A stretch of 64,000 nt of DNA from Squalus acanthias (lineage: Eukaryota), in NCBI GenBank assembly GCA_030390025.1, contig CM059432.1:22508001-22572000 (forward strand). The letters run 5' to 3'. Shown piece by piece: positions 38,001 to 49,295 of the stretch; within the stretch, counting starts at the first letter, position 1; every line of letters begins with the position of its first letter. The position numbers were made by a program, and so were the translations under genes. The notes under the pieces are model-generated. The model had not been told where the DNA came from and did not search any database. It saw only the letters and a list, made by a program, of their open reading frames with translations.

Positions 38001-38876
38001 GTTATGACTCCAGCCAGTGGAGAGTTTTCCCTCTGATTCCCATTGACTAGGGTGCCTTGATGCTACCTTGATGTCAAGGGCAGTCACTCTCACCTCACCT
38101 CTGGAATTCAGCTCATTTGTCCATGTTTGGACCAAGGGTGTACTGAGGTCTGGAGAAGAGGGGTCCTGCCGGAACACAAACTGAGCATCAGTGAGCAGGT
38201 GCCGCTTGATAGTACTGCCGACTACACCATCCATCACTTTGCTGATGATTGAGAGTAGACTGTTGGGGTGGTAATTGGCCGGATTGGATTTGTTCTCCTT
38301 TTTGTGGACAGGACATACCTGGGCAGTTTTCCACATTGTTGGGTAGATGCCAGTGTTGTAGCTGGACTGGAACAGCCTGGCTAGAGGCACGTCTAGTTCT
38401 GGAGCACAAGTCTTCCGCACAACAGCCGGGATGTTGTCGGGGCCCATAGCCTTTGCTGTATCTAGTGCGCTCAGCCGTTTCTTGATATCATGTGGAGTGA
38501 ACCCAATTGGCTGAAGACTGGCTTCTATGATGGTGGGGACCTCAGGAGGAGGTTGATATGGATCATCCACTTGGCACTTGGTTGCAAACGCTTCACCCTT
38601 GTCTTCTGCAGTCGTTGAGGATGGGGATGTTCATGGAACCTCCTCCTCCCGTCGGTTCTTTAATTGTCCACCACCATTCACTACTGGATGTTTTTGCAAC
38701 AATCCGATAGTTTCATGGTCACGATTACTGATACTAGCTTTTTATTCCAGATTTATTTAATTAAGTGAACTTAAATTCCCCAGCTGTCGCATTGGGATTT
38801 GAACTCACATCTCTGGATCATTATTCCAGGCCTCTGGATTACTAGTCCAGTAACATAACCACTACACTACCGTTCC
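35005..38876 (-). mobile_element. Second CR1-group LINE family, internally deleted, with tRNA-like 5' head; split by RTE
   Basis: ORF 37998-38570 (KAMGPDNIPAVV..CPVHKK..NPANY) and ORF 35055-35495; 3' end gggcaataaatgctggccttgccagcga..cccacatccc; tRNA-like head at 38700-38876. Confidence 0.82.
35603..37604 (+). mobile_element. RTE-clade (BovB-like) LINE, 5'-truncated
   Basis: 421-aa RT ORF 35981-37246 (ESQCGFR, FFDLTKAFD, GVKQGCVIAP, LQYADN); C-terminal CPTCDRDCRSRIGLISHLR zinc motif; (GAA)n tail; TSD atttacgtg / atttatgtg. Confidence 0.95.
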
Positions 38877-39396
38877 TTGTTGCATGCACGTTCTTCCATG
38901 CGTGGTTTGAAGAGTGCGCTATGGAGAGCGTTGATGTCCAAAATTGCAGTCGTGTGTCAATTCAGGCGTTGCACACCGATTGACGTCACGATCTGTATAT
39001 TTACATGTGAGAAGCGAGCGCAGTCAATGGCAGCGCTAACAACCTCTCCAAAATGGCAGCCATCGTGATCTGCACTGGAAGCGGGTGGAAGCGAGGCAGC
39101 CACCATTTTTTCAACAGAACTAGCCTTAACTGCCGGCGGTACCACCCCCCCCCCCCAACCACCCGAATTTTGCAGCCCTTATCTCCGTCTGCCACCACAT
39201 AATCCTACACTATAACAGCTTTTGGAAGTCAAACGTGGGATCACCTCACTACTGCTTCCTCATTTATCTCCTACTTATTTCAACCTTAGTTGACTTTGGC
39301 CCTTCACCTTGGTTTCTCAGTGATAAATTGACCAAGTATGAAAATAAGGAAAAGCAGTTTCATTTTGTAATATTGTGAGGGTGGGCGGGTAGGGAA

Positions 39397-39575
39397 GGGT
39401 AATCTTCACCTTCATCCTGCTTGGGTGGTAAACTGTTGGATCGCACACCTATTGTAGAATCTGACGCATTTTCAGCCCATTGATTTTAGTGGGATGAAAT
39501 TCTGCTGGGTTCTACACCGAAAGGAGATCCACTCTGACCGTTTATCACCCAGGCAGTGACGGTGAGAATTAGCCC
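39397..39575. mobile_element. Short palindromic MITE
   Basis: Imperfect inverted ends gggtaatcttcacc / ggtgagaattagccc; central cccattgattttagtggg. Confidence 0.65.
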
Positions 39576-39872
39576 CAGTAAGTCTATGAGTCGCAGAATG
39601 TGATGATTGCAACTCCATTCTAAATGTTAAAGTATTACTGTGGTATCATAGGCCTGAATTAGCATTTACACACTAAAATATGAAGAAAATCTAATATCTT
39701 AGTTCAACTAGACAATAAGCTACATCAAAAACTTCCAATGTGGAGTTTGATTTCCACAATGTTCTGACACAGGGACAAGAATGCTACTAACCAATCCAAA
39801 CAGGTTGCTACAGCTACAACTATCCCAGTTTCTGTTCCGTCAACACATAAATATTTAAGGGCTAAAAGCAAA

Positions 39873-40830
39873 GCCCCTGATTTTAACTCTGGTGGGTTTT
39901 GGGCAGATGGATGGTAGAAACTCACCCACTGCAGCAGAAACAAGGTATTAGAACACCGGAGTCTCCTTATAATCCAACCCAATTGGGTGCCACAATGGGA
40001 AACGCACCCACTTTGGCAGCGCTATTGCCAGTGGGTCAGCCAGAGGCCTATTTAAAGCAGCAATGTATCTCTTAATGTCAGGTTGCATTGTCTCCTGGCT
40101 CCTGGGTAAATTTTGCTGAACAGCGAAGGGGAAGGTCAGTGATATTGAGAAAACAAGTTCTTTGAAGCCTCTCTGGAGGTCTTGCTGGAAGAGGTATGGG
40201 AGAAGAGGGAAGTCCTTTCCCACAGCACTGGATGGTGCCTAAGCATGAGGTCCACCAGTCCTGGAGGGAGGTGGCAGAGATGGTTACATCCAGGTGCATC
40301 ACCCTAGGATCTGTATTCAGTGTCGTGAAAGATTGAATGACCTCAGTAGAGTAGGAAGGGTGAGTGCAGCTCTGCATTCTCCATTTCTCTCAGAAACAGC
40401 TGCCAACAGTCCTTCCCACCCTTTCATTAAGCACAGAAAAAGGTACAATGAGCCAGCTTGAATACATCAATTAGCATTGTGATGCATTGTCTTCTGCAAC
40501 TGTGCAGCCTCACAATGCCATGTTAACTATTGTCCCTCTTCTCTTTCCTCTAGGTCCTTCTCAACAGTTGGAGCCTCCTCAAGAAAAATACTACCTTGGA
40601 GGAGGACAATCGTATGTTCCAACTCACCCAAGCACCAGCACAATAATGTTGGCACCCTGGCTGGGGTACAGAGTGAGTTAAAGAGGTGTGCACGTGGGGA
40701 TGCGCCCAACATAAGTGAGCAGGAGCAGGTATTGGTGGACGGGACAGCCCTGGAGACAGCTCACCAGAGTGCAAGATTCTCTCCCAGCTCTGTTGAGGAG
40801 GACAGAGATGAGAACTTCAGGGGCCCATTA
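39873..40830 (+). mobile_element. Harbinger left-end fragment with Myb/SANT remnant
   Basis: At ~40158-40359: FFEASLEVLLEEVWEKREVL..HQSWREVAEMVTSRC..ICIQCRERLNDLSRVGR, followed by a gtgagt donor. Confidence 0.7.
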
Positions 40831-41376
40831 GTGAAAATAGAACTGTTTGCCTCACAAACATTTATATTGTGCCTGTGCTAGCTCTTTGAAAGAACTATCC
40901 AATTAGTTCCACTCCCCTGTTCTTTCCCCATAACACTACAATTTTCTCCCTTTCAAGTATTTATCCAATTCCATTTTGAAAGTTACTATTGAATCTGCTT
41001 CCACCGCCCTTTCAGGCAGTGCATTCCAGGTCAGGACAACAACTTTATTCTACTACAAGAATACCATTTGAAAAACTACTGTGGCAATAGGACAAGGGGA
41101 CAGGTTCAAACTCGTAAAAAGAAATTTTAGAACTGATATTGGGAGGTTTATCTTCATGCAGAGAATGGACATTCAGGCAGAGTGGTGGAGGTGAAAGCTC
41201 TGGAATGATTTAAGAAACAACTAGATGCGGCAATGGGGGGAAGTGTAAGGTTGTTCTGGATGGGCCAACTTTACCATCTGGCCTTCCTGAACTGTAAGTA
41301 TTTTGTGATCATTGAAGCTTTGAACATTCATAAAGTATTGGCATTGTCACTGTCTATTACTGCCCACAAACCACCA

Positions 41377-41470
41377 CTATGAAAGGTCATCGACCTGAAA
41401 CGTCAACTCTCTTTCTCTCTCCACGGATGCTGCCTGGCCTGCTGAGTTTTTCCAGCGTTTTCTGTTGTTA
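41377..41470 (+). mobile_element. Penelope pLTR fragment with 5'-clipped hammerhead motif
   Basis: atgaaaggtcatcgacctGAAAcgtcaact...gatgctgcctggcctgctgag, homologous to the pLTR at 12798-12945. Confidence 0.75.
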
Positions 41471-41827
41471 TTACTAATTAGCACTAATTGGATTGTCTTA
41501 TATGGCTCATGTGGGAAGTAGGAAATGGCACTCCAGTAAGAAGGGAGCAGTTTCCTACAGCTGGGGTTCAAGCAGATACATAAATCTCTAACCCCTTCCT
41601 TATAACAGTGCATAACTTCATATGCTGTGGGCAAAACAAATTTCAGCAGTTTTTTTTCCACTAGATTGATGTACTTCCTACAAACATACAATGATAGCGA
41701 TTGTGTTTTGTGCTGATGTAGTTCAGTGAAGGCAGTAACACTGGCTTCTGCTGGTCTATACTTGGCAGTGTCTCCGTGGTGCCACGTGGGAGAATGTAGA
41801 GCTGTTAGTTTGAAGTAAAAAGCTATT

Positions 41828-42570
41828 GGCCCAAAAATTAGTGTTGCTACGCGAGAGTACGCACTGTGTACTCTCGCGTATTCTGTCTCCAATTGCCGGT
41901 TTTCAGCATGCACTGCACATGCGCTGAAAACCGGCACTTGGTGATTTCAAAAGGGGGCGGTTCCTAGGTGAACCGCGTGCGCGCTACAGGCTGCGTGCAC
42001 ACAGTGCACTTAATGCTTTGAACGCGCAGGTAAGTATGGAAGATTTTGCACATAAAGAAAGGAGGCGTAAGACCCTCTTTTAACAAGGTAAGTAGTTAAT
42101 TAAGTATTATTTTGAATTTTTTTCAACAGGTATATCTTTTTTAGAGACTTTAAAGAAAGGTAAGTTTATTTTTATAACTTTTTAAAAGATTTTAAATTTT
42201 TTCAAAAATTTAATTTTTTGTTTAAAATGGTTAATTTATTTAACTATACTTATTTTATTAATGTGATGGTTTTTTTTAAAATTTAATTGAGGTTCAGCTG
42301 TTCTTTTGGGGGGGTATAGATTCATAGCTTTCACAGCACTTGTTGTGAAAGCTATGAATGAAAGATGGTGTGCTGCCATTGGCTCTAACTGAGTCACGTG
42401 ATCCCACAGCTCGCACAAATTAACTGCGCCTGTGGGATACGGAAGCCCTGCCCAGCTGCTGTCCAGAACATCAAGTTCGTGCGAGCTGGGAATGAAAAAG
42501 CCAGCGCGCAGTGAGAGATCGCGGGGAAGCCTTACCCTCGCACGAAGGCTCCCTCACTAATTTTTGGGCC
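41828..42570 (+). mobile_element. Harbinger-type MITE, hairpin-rich family
   Basis: Perfect 16-bp TIR ggcccaaaaattagtg and TSD ATT. Confidence 0.92.
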
Positions 42571-43087
42571 ATTGTGTGTTGCTTTTAACCCCGAGAATGG
42601 AGACAAAAATTGCCATCTACGGGAACAAATTTACCTGTATGTAATGTTTTATTATTGTTTTAGTTTTCCATGGGTCTCTGCAATAATGTTATACCTTTGC
42701 CATCAACCATGACTGAGACTCGGAATCCAAAATCAAAGCACATTGTGGGTAATTTTCAAACTTACCGTCGGTAACCTGACGGAGCAGATCGCCAGCCCTT
42801 TATAGAGCCCGCCGATTTTCCATCTGTACAGAGTGTGGGTATCTGTTGTCGGCTACATGCTTTGTGTTTGTTGTTTGTCTTGCCCAATAGGCCACAAGAC
42901 AAACGTTTTTTCCTAACAGCACTCTTGAGTGTCTGGAAAATGTCTGTGCATTTGCAAAGTGTACAAGCAGGCGACCGAGTGCTGTACATTGTCTCTCTGT
43001 GATGTAGCAGCAAGCTTACTACTATGCATTGTAAAGCAACATTTTAAATAGAAGCAAAATGTGAGTAGCAGTTAACTTGGCAACCTT

Positions 43088-44285
43088 CATAGAATCATAG
43101 AATCTTACACCACAGAAGAAGGCCATTCAGCCCATCGTGCCTGTGCGGCTCTTTAAAAGAGCTATCCAATTAGCCTCACTCCCCTGCTCTTTCCTCATAG
43201 CCCTGCAATTTTATCCCTTTCAAGTATTTATCCAATTCTCTTTGGAAAGTTACTATTGAATCTGCTTCAACCACCCTTTCAGGCAGTGCAGTGCAGATCA
43301 TAATGGCCCAGAAATTGGATTTCGATGGTTGCCGCGGGGGTAAGGATCCCCCGCGATATCGCACTCCGCGCCTACCTTTATGGTTTTGGCCCACACGAAC
43401 TTCAGTTCCTGGGCCTCTCCCTGGTGCCGGCGCGCAGTGTGTGCGTGTCCCAGAGGCGCAGTTAGTTCGATGCTACCTCTGGGATCACGCGGGCCAGTTA
43501 GAGCCAATGGCAGCACACCATCTTTCATTCATAGTTTTGACAGGAAGAGCTGTCAAAACTATGAAAAGAACAAGCCCCCAAAAGAACAGCTAAACCTCAA
43601 TTAAATTTAAAAAAAAAGCCATCACATTAATAAAATAACTATACTTAAATAAATTAACCACTTTAAACAAAAATTAAAATTTTTGAAAAAATTTAAATTC
43701 TTTTTAAAAGTTATAAAAATAAACTTACCTTTCTTTAAAGTCTCTAAAAAAGATAAACCTGTTGAAATTTTTTTTAAATAATACTTAATTAACTACTTAC
43801 CTTGTTAAAAGGGGGTCTTACGCCTGCTTTCTTCATGTGTAAAATCTTCAACACTTACCTGCGCGTTCAAACCTGAAAAAAAAACTAAGTGTGCTGCGTG
43901 CGCGCAACCTGTAGCGTGCACGCGGTTCACTTAGGAACCGCCCCCTTTGCCATACCCGAAGTGCCGGTTTCCCGCGCATGCGCAGTGCATGCAGGAAACC
44001 AGCACTTCGGGACCTAATACGCGAGAGTACACAGTGCGTAATCTCCCGTATTAGGTCTAATTTTTGGGCCAATAACTCACTGCCTAAAAGAAAATCTCCT
44101 CATCACACCTCTGGCTCTTTTGCCAATGACCTTAAATCTGTTTCCTTTGGTTGCCAATGGAAATAGTTTCTCCTTTACTCGATCAAAATCCTTCATGATT
44201 TTGAATGCCTCTATTAAATCTCCCCTTAGTTTTATCTGCTCCAAGGAGAACAATCCCAGCTTCTCTAGTCTCTCCACGTAACTGA
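43088..44285 (-). mobile_element. CR1 3' fragment split by a MITE
   Basis: ORF 44077-44277 ERLEKLGLFSLEQ..; the part left of the MITE reads ALPERVVEADSIVTFQRELD; catagaatcatagaat tail. Confidence 0.88.
43305..44070 (-). mobile_element. Harbinger-type MITE, inverted sister of 41828-42570
   Basis: TIR ggccca(g/a)aaatt(g/a)ga; TSD AAT (the uninterrupted CR1 at ~4218 reads gatcataataactc); body is the reverse complement of the 41828 copy. Confidence 0.92.
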
Positions 44286-44746
44286 GACTAATACATTTTT
44301 ATAACCTGCTCCCAGGTTCTGTTTAATGCTGCAGCAGCATCAGGTTTCTGCATCCTCCCTTTCCTGCGCCCCTAGAGATGAGCTCCCAGCAGAAGATATG
44401 AATAACTCTGGGAGTCCATCGATGCTATTGAAATGAAGTTGACCCAGGAAAATAGGTGGGGGGGGGGGGGTTTCACAGCGGGTGGAACGGCAGATGTGGC
44501 ACACTTGTGGCAGTAAACCTGCCATGGAGGAACATCTAGTCCATTGTGCACAGAACTCTTCTTAATGTGACCTCACAAAGTGCCACTAAAGTGACATCAT
44601 GAAACTGGTCAGTGAATTGTGGATTTGGATAATGTCACTAATCCAAATCCATTAAATTCCATAAAGACCTTGCAGTAGGTGTTGAAAGTACAACATTTAA
44701 ATAAGAATAAAATGAACTTAACAGTGTGAATTTTTCATTTATACTC

Positions 44747-45512
44747 AGGTCCAGATCTTGCTGGAGTGGGACATCTTGCGGCACACGCTATTAGTTAGAC
44801 TGTTTTCTGCACCCTTCAGATCAAAAAACTTTTGCGGCATAATTTTCTGGAAGAGCCAGCTGATAACAGCGTGATGAGGGCAACGGGGCAGCGGGGACCT
44901 TAGTGAATGGAGGGACCAACAGTGTATCTCCTTAACCAATGAGAATTAAGGTTTGAGAAAGAAACAGAGTGACAGAAAAGGAAATGGGTGAATAAGAGTC
45001 AAATCAGGTACAGAAAGAGAAGTAAAGAGAGGGAAAGAAAGATTGGATTAAGAGAGAGTAAAAAGAGATAGAAAGGAAAACTAATTAAAAAAATTAAAAA
45101 TTAAATATGTTAAGATTTTAAAATCTCAAAGAAGAGTTTAACACATGCAGCAATGAGATTGAACACTTTAAATTGTTCCATTTCTAGGCCAGAGAGGTTG
45201 ATTGGCATTGCATTAACAAGTATCAAGTAATTAAAAAGCTACTAACACTGTTAATTACTAGACATAACTTTCTGTGGTGAGTTTAATGTTCAATTAATGT
45301 ACAAATCTAGCAAATTTTTTAAATAACCAGGAGGCTAAGGGTGAGATGCCGTTTGTGTGAAGTAAATGGCAGAGGGACGTAAATCGACCAACAAGTTCTG
45401 GAGTTTTGCAACTCACGCTGTATTTCTTAATCCCTGAACTTTCTGGATGATTTGCACATTAATAATGGTGTGCATCGTTAATACGCCGTTATTTTTCCAG
45501 CAAGACCAGGCC
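44747..45512. mobile_element. Non-autonomous DNA element (uninterrupted relative of 4630-7660)
   Basis: Imperfect inverted ends ..tcttgctgga / tccagcaaga..ggcc; collinear with the three host segments at 4630-7660. Confidence 0.7.
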
Positions 45513-45852
45513 CTTACTGTTTTGCATTTTTCTTATTAATATTTTAGTATCTGTCGTGCAAATTAAATTGTTCATTAACAAACTGCCTCCCTTCAACTGC
45601 TCAGAGACTTTGGATGTAAATTTAATTCAGCAGCAGTTTTATCTGAGCCTCAGAAATGAACTGATATTTTAATCGGCAGAACGGAGGGATTGCGATAACC
45701 AAGCACTATGGATTTAATTGCTCTCTTCAAATTAAATGCAAAATAATTTCCCAACAGAGGAGAATAATGACAAAATTACATAATCCTCCCAGTCCTGGAC
45801 TACAAGATCCCTGAACATTTATTTTGAAAGCTCTCATATCTCCTTGTAACAG

Positions 45853-45885
45853 TTCAGTCAATCCGTGTAAGCGCCAAAGTTCGTG
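45853..45885 (+). CDS. Candidate 33-nt host microexon (gene unidentified)
   Basis: Acceptor ctcatatctccttgtaacag and donor G|gtaagt; length is a multiple of 3; open as xQSIRVSAKVR (phase 1) or SVNPCKRQSS (phase 2); lies in apparently non-repetitive DNA. Confidence 0.35.
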
Positions 45886-47009
45886 GTAAGTTTTTTTAGA
45901 AATCTTTAATGTGGTTCACATTGGAGGTCAGGAGGTAATGTTGTGCGTTAATGACAATCGCACCGCCACTGTGAACCACATTAAAGATTGCATTAAACTA
46001 CAATCAAATGTCTACTGACTGACAACTAGTCAAGATGGTTGGATGGAGGCATATGTGCTCACCACAGCTAGTGAGACAAGAAAGCTAAACAACTTCCCAG
46101 CTAACATCAGTGTGCTTCTCTTCCAATTCCAATTTCTTTGAAGTACTTATCATTTCATCCTGAATCCCTTAATGTGCTTTTCCCCATTACAAAGTGCCAA
46201 CTTTGCTCTGTTGTAGCATTCTTGCCGATGGGTTCAGGCCCTAATGCAGGACTTAAGCATGTAATCTAGGCTGATACTGCAGTTTAGTATTGAGGGAATG
46301 CTGCATTGTTGGAGGTCCTGTCTTTTGGATGAGATGCTAAATTGTTGCACACTCACTGACGGCATGATCCACCTGGTGTTGACGTTCCCAGCAATACCTC
46401 TTACCGGCGACGCTACGGGGGATGGGGGGAGCGGGATTTGGCGTGAGGCGCTGGATTTGCCTCGCCCCAGCGATACTGGTCTAGCGCCCCATTAACGCCA
46501 TCTGCTGGTGCTAACGGGAGGCACTAAGGAACAAATGTTTCCCCCGATATGTCCCATAAAATATTCTGGCCATTAGCACCCATGGAACCATACTCTGGTA
46601 AAAGTTAGTGCCTTGTGTTTAAGATGAGCCCTGAGGAATAACAATGGGACTAGTGATTTATACATGCAGGAGATGCACTGTATAAGACTTCACATTGTTA
46701 TTTTGTTCAGATGTTGGGTTTAACAGAAAAGATCTGTAAATGGTCCATGGTTCAATGGACTATATAACAAACATTTTAATGCAGCTCTGATGGAACCAGC
46801 CAACCTTCACCTCCACTCAACAGTGTACATATCTATGCATAATTATTAAAAATATGCATACTCTTGGATCTTGAGTCAGATCTCCATTGTTTGCTATTTA
46901 TTTTAGTCATTAGAACCGACTTTCTTTCTGTCACACTTCAAAGCTATAATTATTGAACCATTGAAGAGGCCAGCAACTCCAAAAACAGTGATATTCCTTT
47001 TCATTTCAG

Positions 47010-47044
47010 ATGACATTTTGAAGCATTTAAAACCAAATGATTGA
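47010..47044 (+). CDS. Candidate terminal coding exon following the microexon
   Basis: Acceptor ttccttttcatttcag; the phase-1 join gives ..AKVR-DDILKHLKPND*; no canonical AATAAA seen before the next repeat. Confidence 0.22.
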
Positions 47045-47464
47045 TTCCTTCTGGCTCTCGGTGCACAGTACCTTCATGTCCTGCTTTCAGCTACATCTAT
47101 CAGCCACTGAGCTGTGCCTACAAGAGATGCATTAACAGACAGTTATTGGATTATATATGTGTGTTAGCCCAGATCATTTCAAATGTTACTTCATTTTATC
47201 TTCAGTATTGTTGTTATTATATATACGTTAGCAACAGATTTTCATACAGAAAATAGAACTAAAAAAAAACCTGACCTACAACACAGAAAGTTGACTAGAA
47301 CTTTTTTGAGAAAAAATAATCATTTCTCGTGGTTTCAAGTGCATTGCAAGTCAAAAGTGGTCAGCCAGTTAAATATTTATAAAGTAATGGTGCACATGGG
47401 CTTCAGAGCAGATGTCAATAATGGGAGTGCATTATCCCTTGGTGCTCGGATGATAGTATTGGTT

Positions 47465-47762
47465 CTGGTCTCCATATTATAAAAAGGATATAGAGGCACT
47501 GGAGAAGGTGCAAAAAAGATTTACAAGGATGATACCAGAACTGAGAGGTCATGCCTATCAGGAAAGATTGAACAGGCTGGGGCTCTTGTCTCTAGAAAAG
47601 AGAAGGCTGAGGGGTTGACTTGATAGAGGTCTTTAAGATTATGAAAGGGTTTGATAGGGTAGACATAGAGAAGACGATTCCACCCAAAACTAGGGGACAT
47701 AAATATACAATAGTCACTAATAAATTTAATAGGGAATTCAGGAGAAACCTCTTTATCCAAAG
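47465..47762 (+). mobile_element. CR1 fragment
   Basis: KDIEALEKVQKRFTRMIPEL..IEVFKIMKGFDRVD. Confidence 0.85.
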
Positions 47763-48099
47763 ATCATCGACAAGCTGCCCTTCGGCGACATCATCTGAAA
47801 ACACAGGCTGGAATTTTCTGTACCTGGGTGGGTCGGGTGTGGGCGGTTGGCGTGGCAGGTCGCGACCCCATTGCAGCTTCCATCCTGCTGCAGAAAACGA
47901 CTTTGCGTCAATGGGGTTATTTAAGCCCGCTGAGCATGCTACCTGGCCCAATTAAATGGTGCGGGTCTGATGACTTCACCCATGATGCATTTTCGGCTGG
48001 TAGATTTAAAAGAGCCTTGGCCACATTGCATTTGAAGGTTCATTTATGATCATGCAGTCACTGCACTGGAGCTTTTGATTGTTCCAAACACTTGGAAAC

Positions 48100-49290
48100 A
48101 TGACTGCACAGAGGCAGAGGGCTGCACCCAGGCTCTCCGATGACTCCCTCCATATGCTTGTGGAGGGAGTCAGAGCACGCAGGGAGGTCCTCTTCCCTTC
48201 CGATCGGCGGAAGAGACCTCCCTAGGAGACAAAATTAGCCTGGCTCCAAATTGCAGAGGAGGTCAAGAGCAGGGATGTGGTCAGGAGGACCTGGGTGCAG
48301 TGCCGCAAACGTTTCAATGATCTCATTAGATCAGGAAAGGTGAGTACAAAGCCACACTCATATTAATCCTGCTGTGCCGCTCATCACATCCCCTTCACTC
48401 TGCCTTCCCAATCCTACTCCTGCTCATCATTACTCACACCAACATACCTTGCACAGCCACCTAACCCTCTCTCTCTATCTATATTATCACATCTCCATCT
48501 TACAAGCCACCCCTCATACTCACCCTCGTCCTAACGCAATCATACCAACTAACAACACACAAGGAGGCCATTTAGCTTTGCCACCACACTCCATCATAGT
48601 CACCCTCTAAAGATCTAACCCACCCATTCCTTACACTCATTCCATCAGTCTCACGCAACCTTCTCTTCTTTCCCTCCTTGCAGGAAAAGAGAGTCCACAA
48701 TAAGAGGGAGAGGGAGAGAAGTGGAGGTGGAACACTATCATTTGCCACCATCACAGCGGCAGAGGAGGCTACGTTAGAAGTATCGAGATTCACCGAGCAG
48801 CTCGAGGTGGGAGACATCTCAGCAATCTGGTGATAGAATTACATATCATACAGCTACATGGCGTAAATCAGTCACTCATATGGGGACTGATGTTGTCAGC
48901 CACTGAATGGTCATCATGTGCATAATGGTATTTTGTAACCATTATTCATATGACATATCTAACTCATCTCTTTACTCTCCCACAGGTCCATCAAGAGCAC
49001 CCGCCCCCAACCCCTGTACAGGAGGAAAAGGAAGACGACTGCTCATAGGAGCCTCTAGACTCTGAGGGCGCAGCGTCACCAGACATAATCGCACCCAGCA
49101 CCAGGGCAGAGACGCACACCTCGGTGGTTGCCACATGAGATAGAGTATTGTTGTCACCTGGTGTCTAACAACTCACAAGTGAGCAAGAGTTGATGGTGGA
49201 GACAGGGACAGCAGTGGAGACTCCTCGCCGGAGGGCACAGGACTCTCCCAGCTCTGCTCAGCTGCATGCAGACACTGAGCCTTGGAGGCC
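48100..49290 (+). pseudogene. Harbinger Myb/SANT-like (NAIF1-type) gene, three exons visible, disrupted
   Basis: Exon 1 (48100-48339) MTAQRQRAAPRLSDDSLHMLVEGVRARREVLFPSDRRKRPP*ETKLAWLQIAEEVKSRDVVRRTWVQCRKRFNDLIRSGK|gtgagt. Exon 2 from 48684 (ttgcag|EKRVHNKRERERSGGG..). Exon 3 from 48986 (cccacag|). Confidence 0.85.
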
Positions 49291-49295
49291 ATCCA

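Larger units (their letters stand above)
30609..39177. mobile_element. Harbinger deletion derivative expanded to 8.6 kb by nested insertions
   Basis: Imperfect TIR ggccagaaaattcg / cgaattttgcagcc with flanks cgt/ctt. Myb exon at 30980 (+). Fused transposase N- and C-termini at ~34575-34790 (-): AVPLGLQHHMEMKQRQQREQAAHRG / EQEAEEEEAEQE..GRDIRDRIICLQYH*. Confidence 0.65.

Noticed and set aside
41377..41937. 186-aa minus-strand ORF
   Set aside because: It spans a MITE end, unique DNA and a Penelope pLTR fragment; a chance open frame.
44620..44651. 11-bp hairpin tggatttggat / atccaaatcca
   Set aside because: Short and isolated; could be chance or a decayed MITE centre.
48100..48339. Host NAIF1/MSANTD-type gene
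   Set aside because: It has an in-frame stop, is enclosed by TIRs and a TSD, and has several decayed paralogues in the window, so it is a transposon gene rather than a domesticated one.
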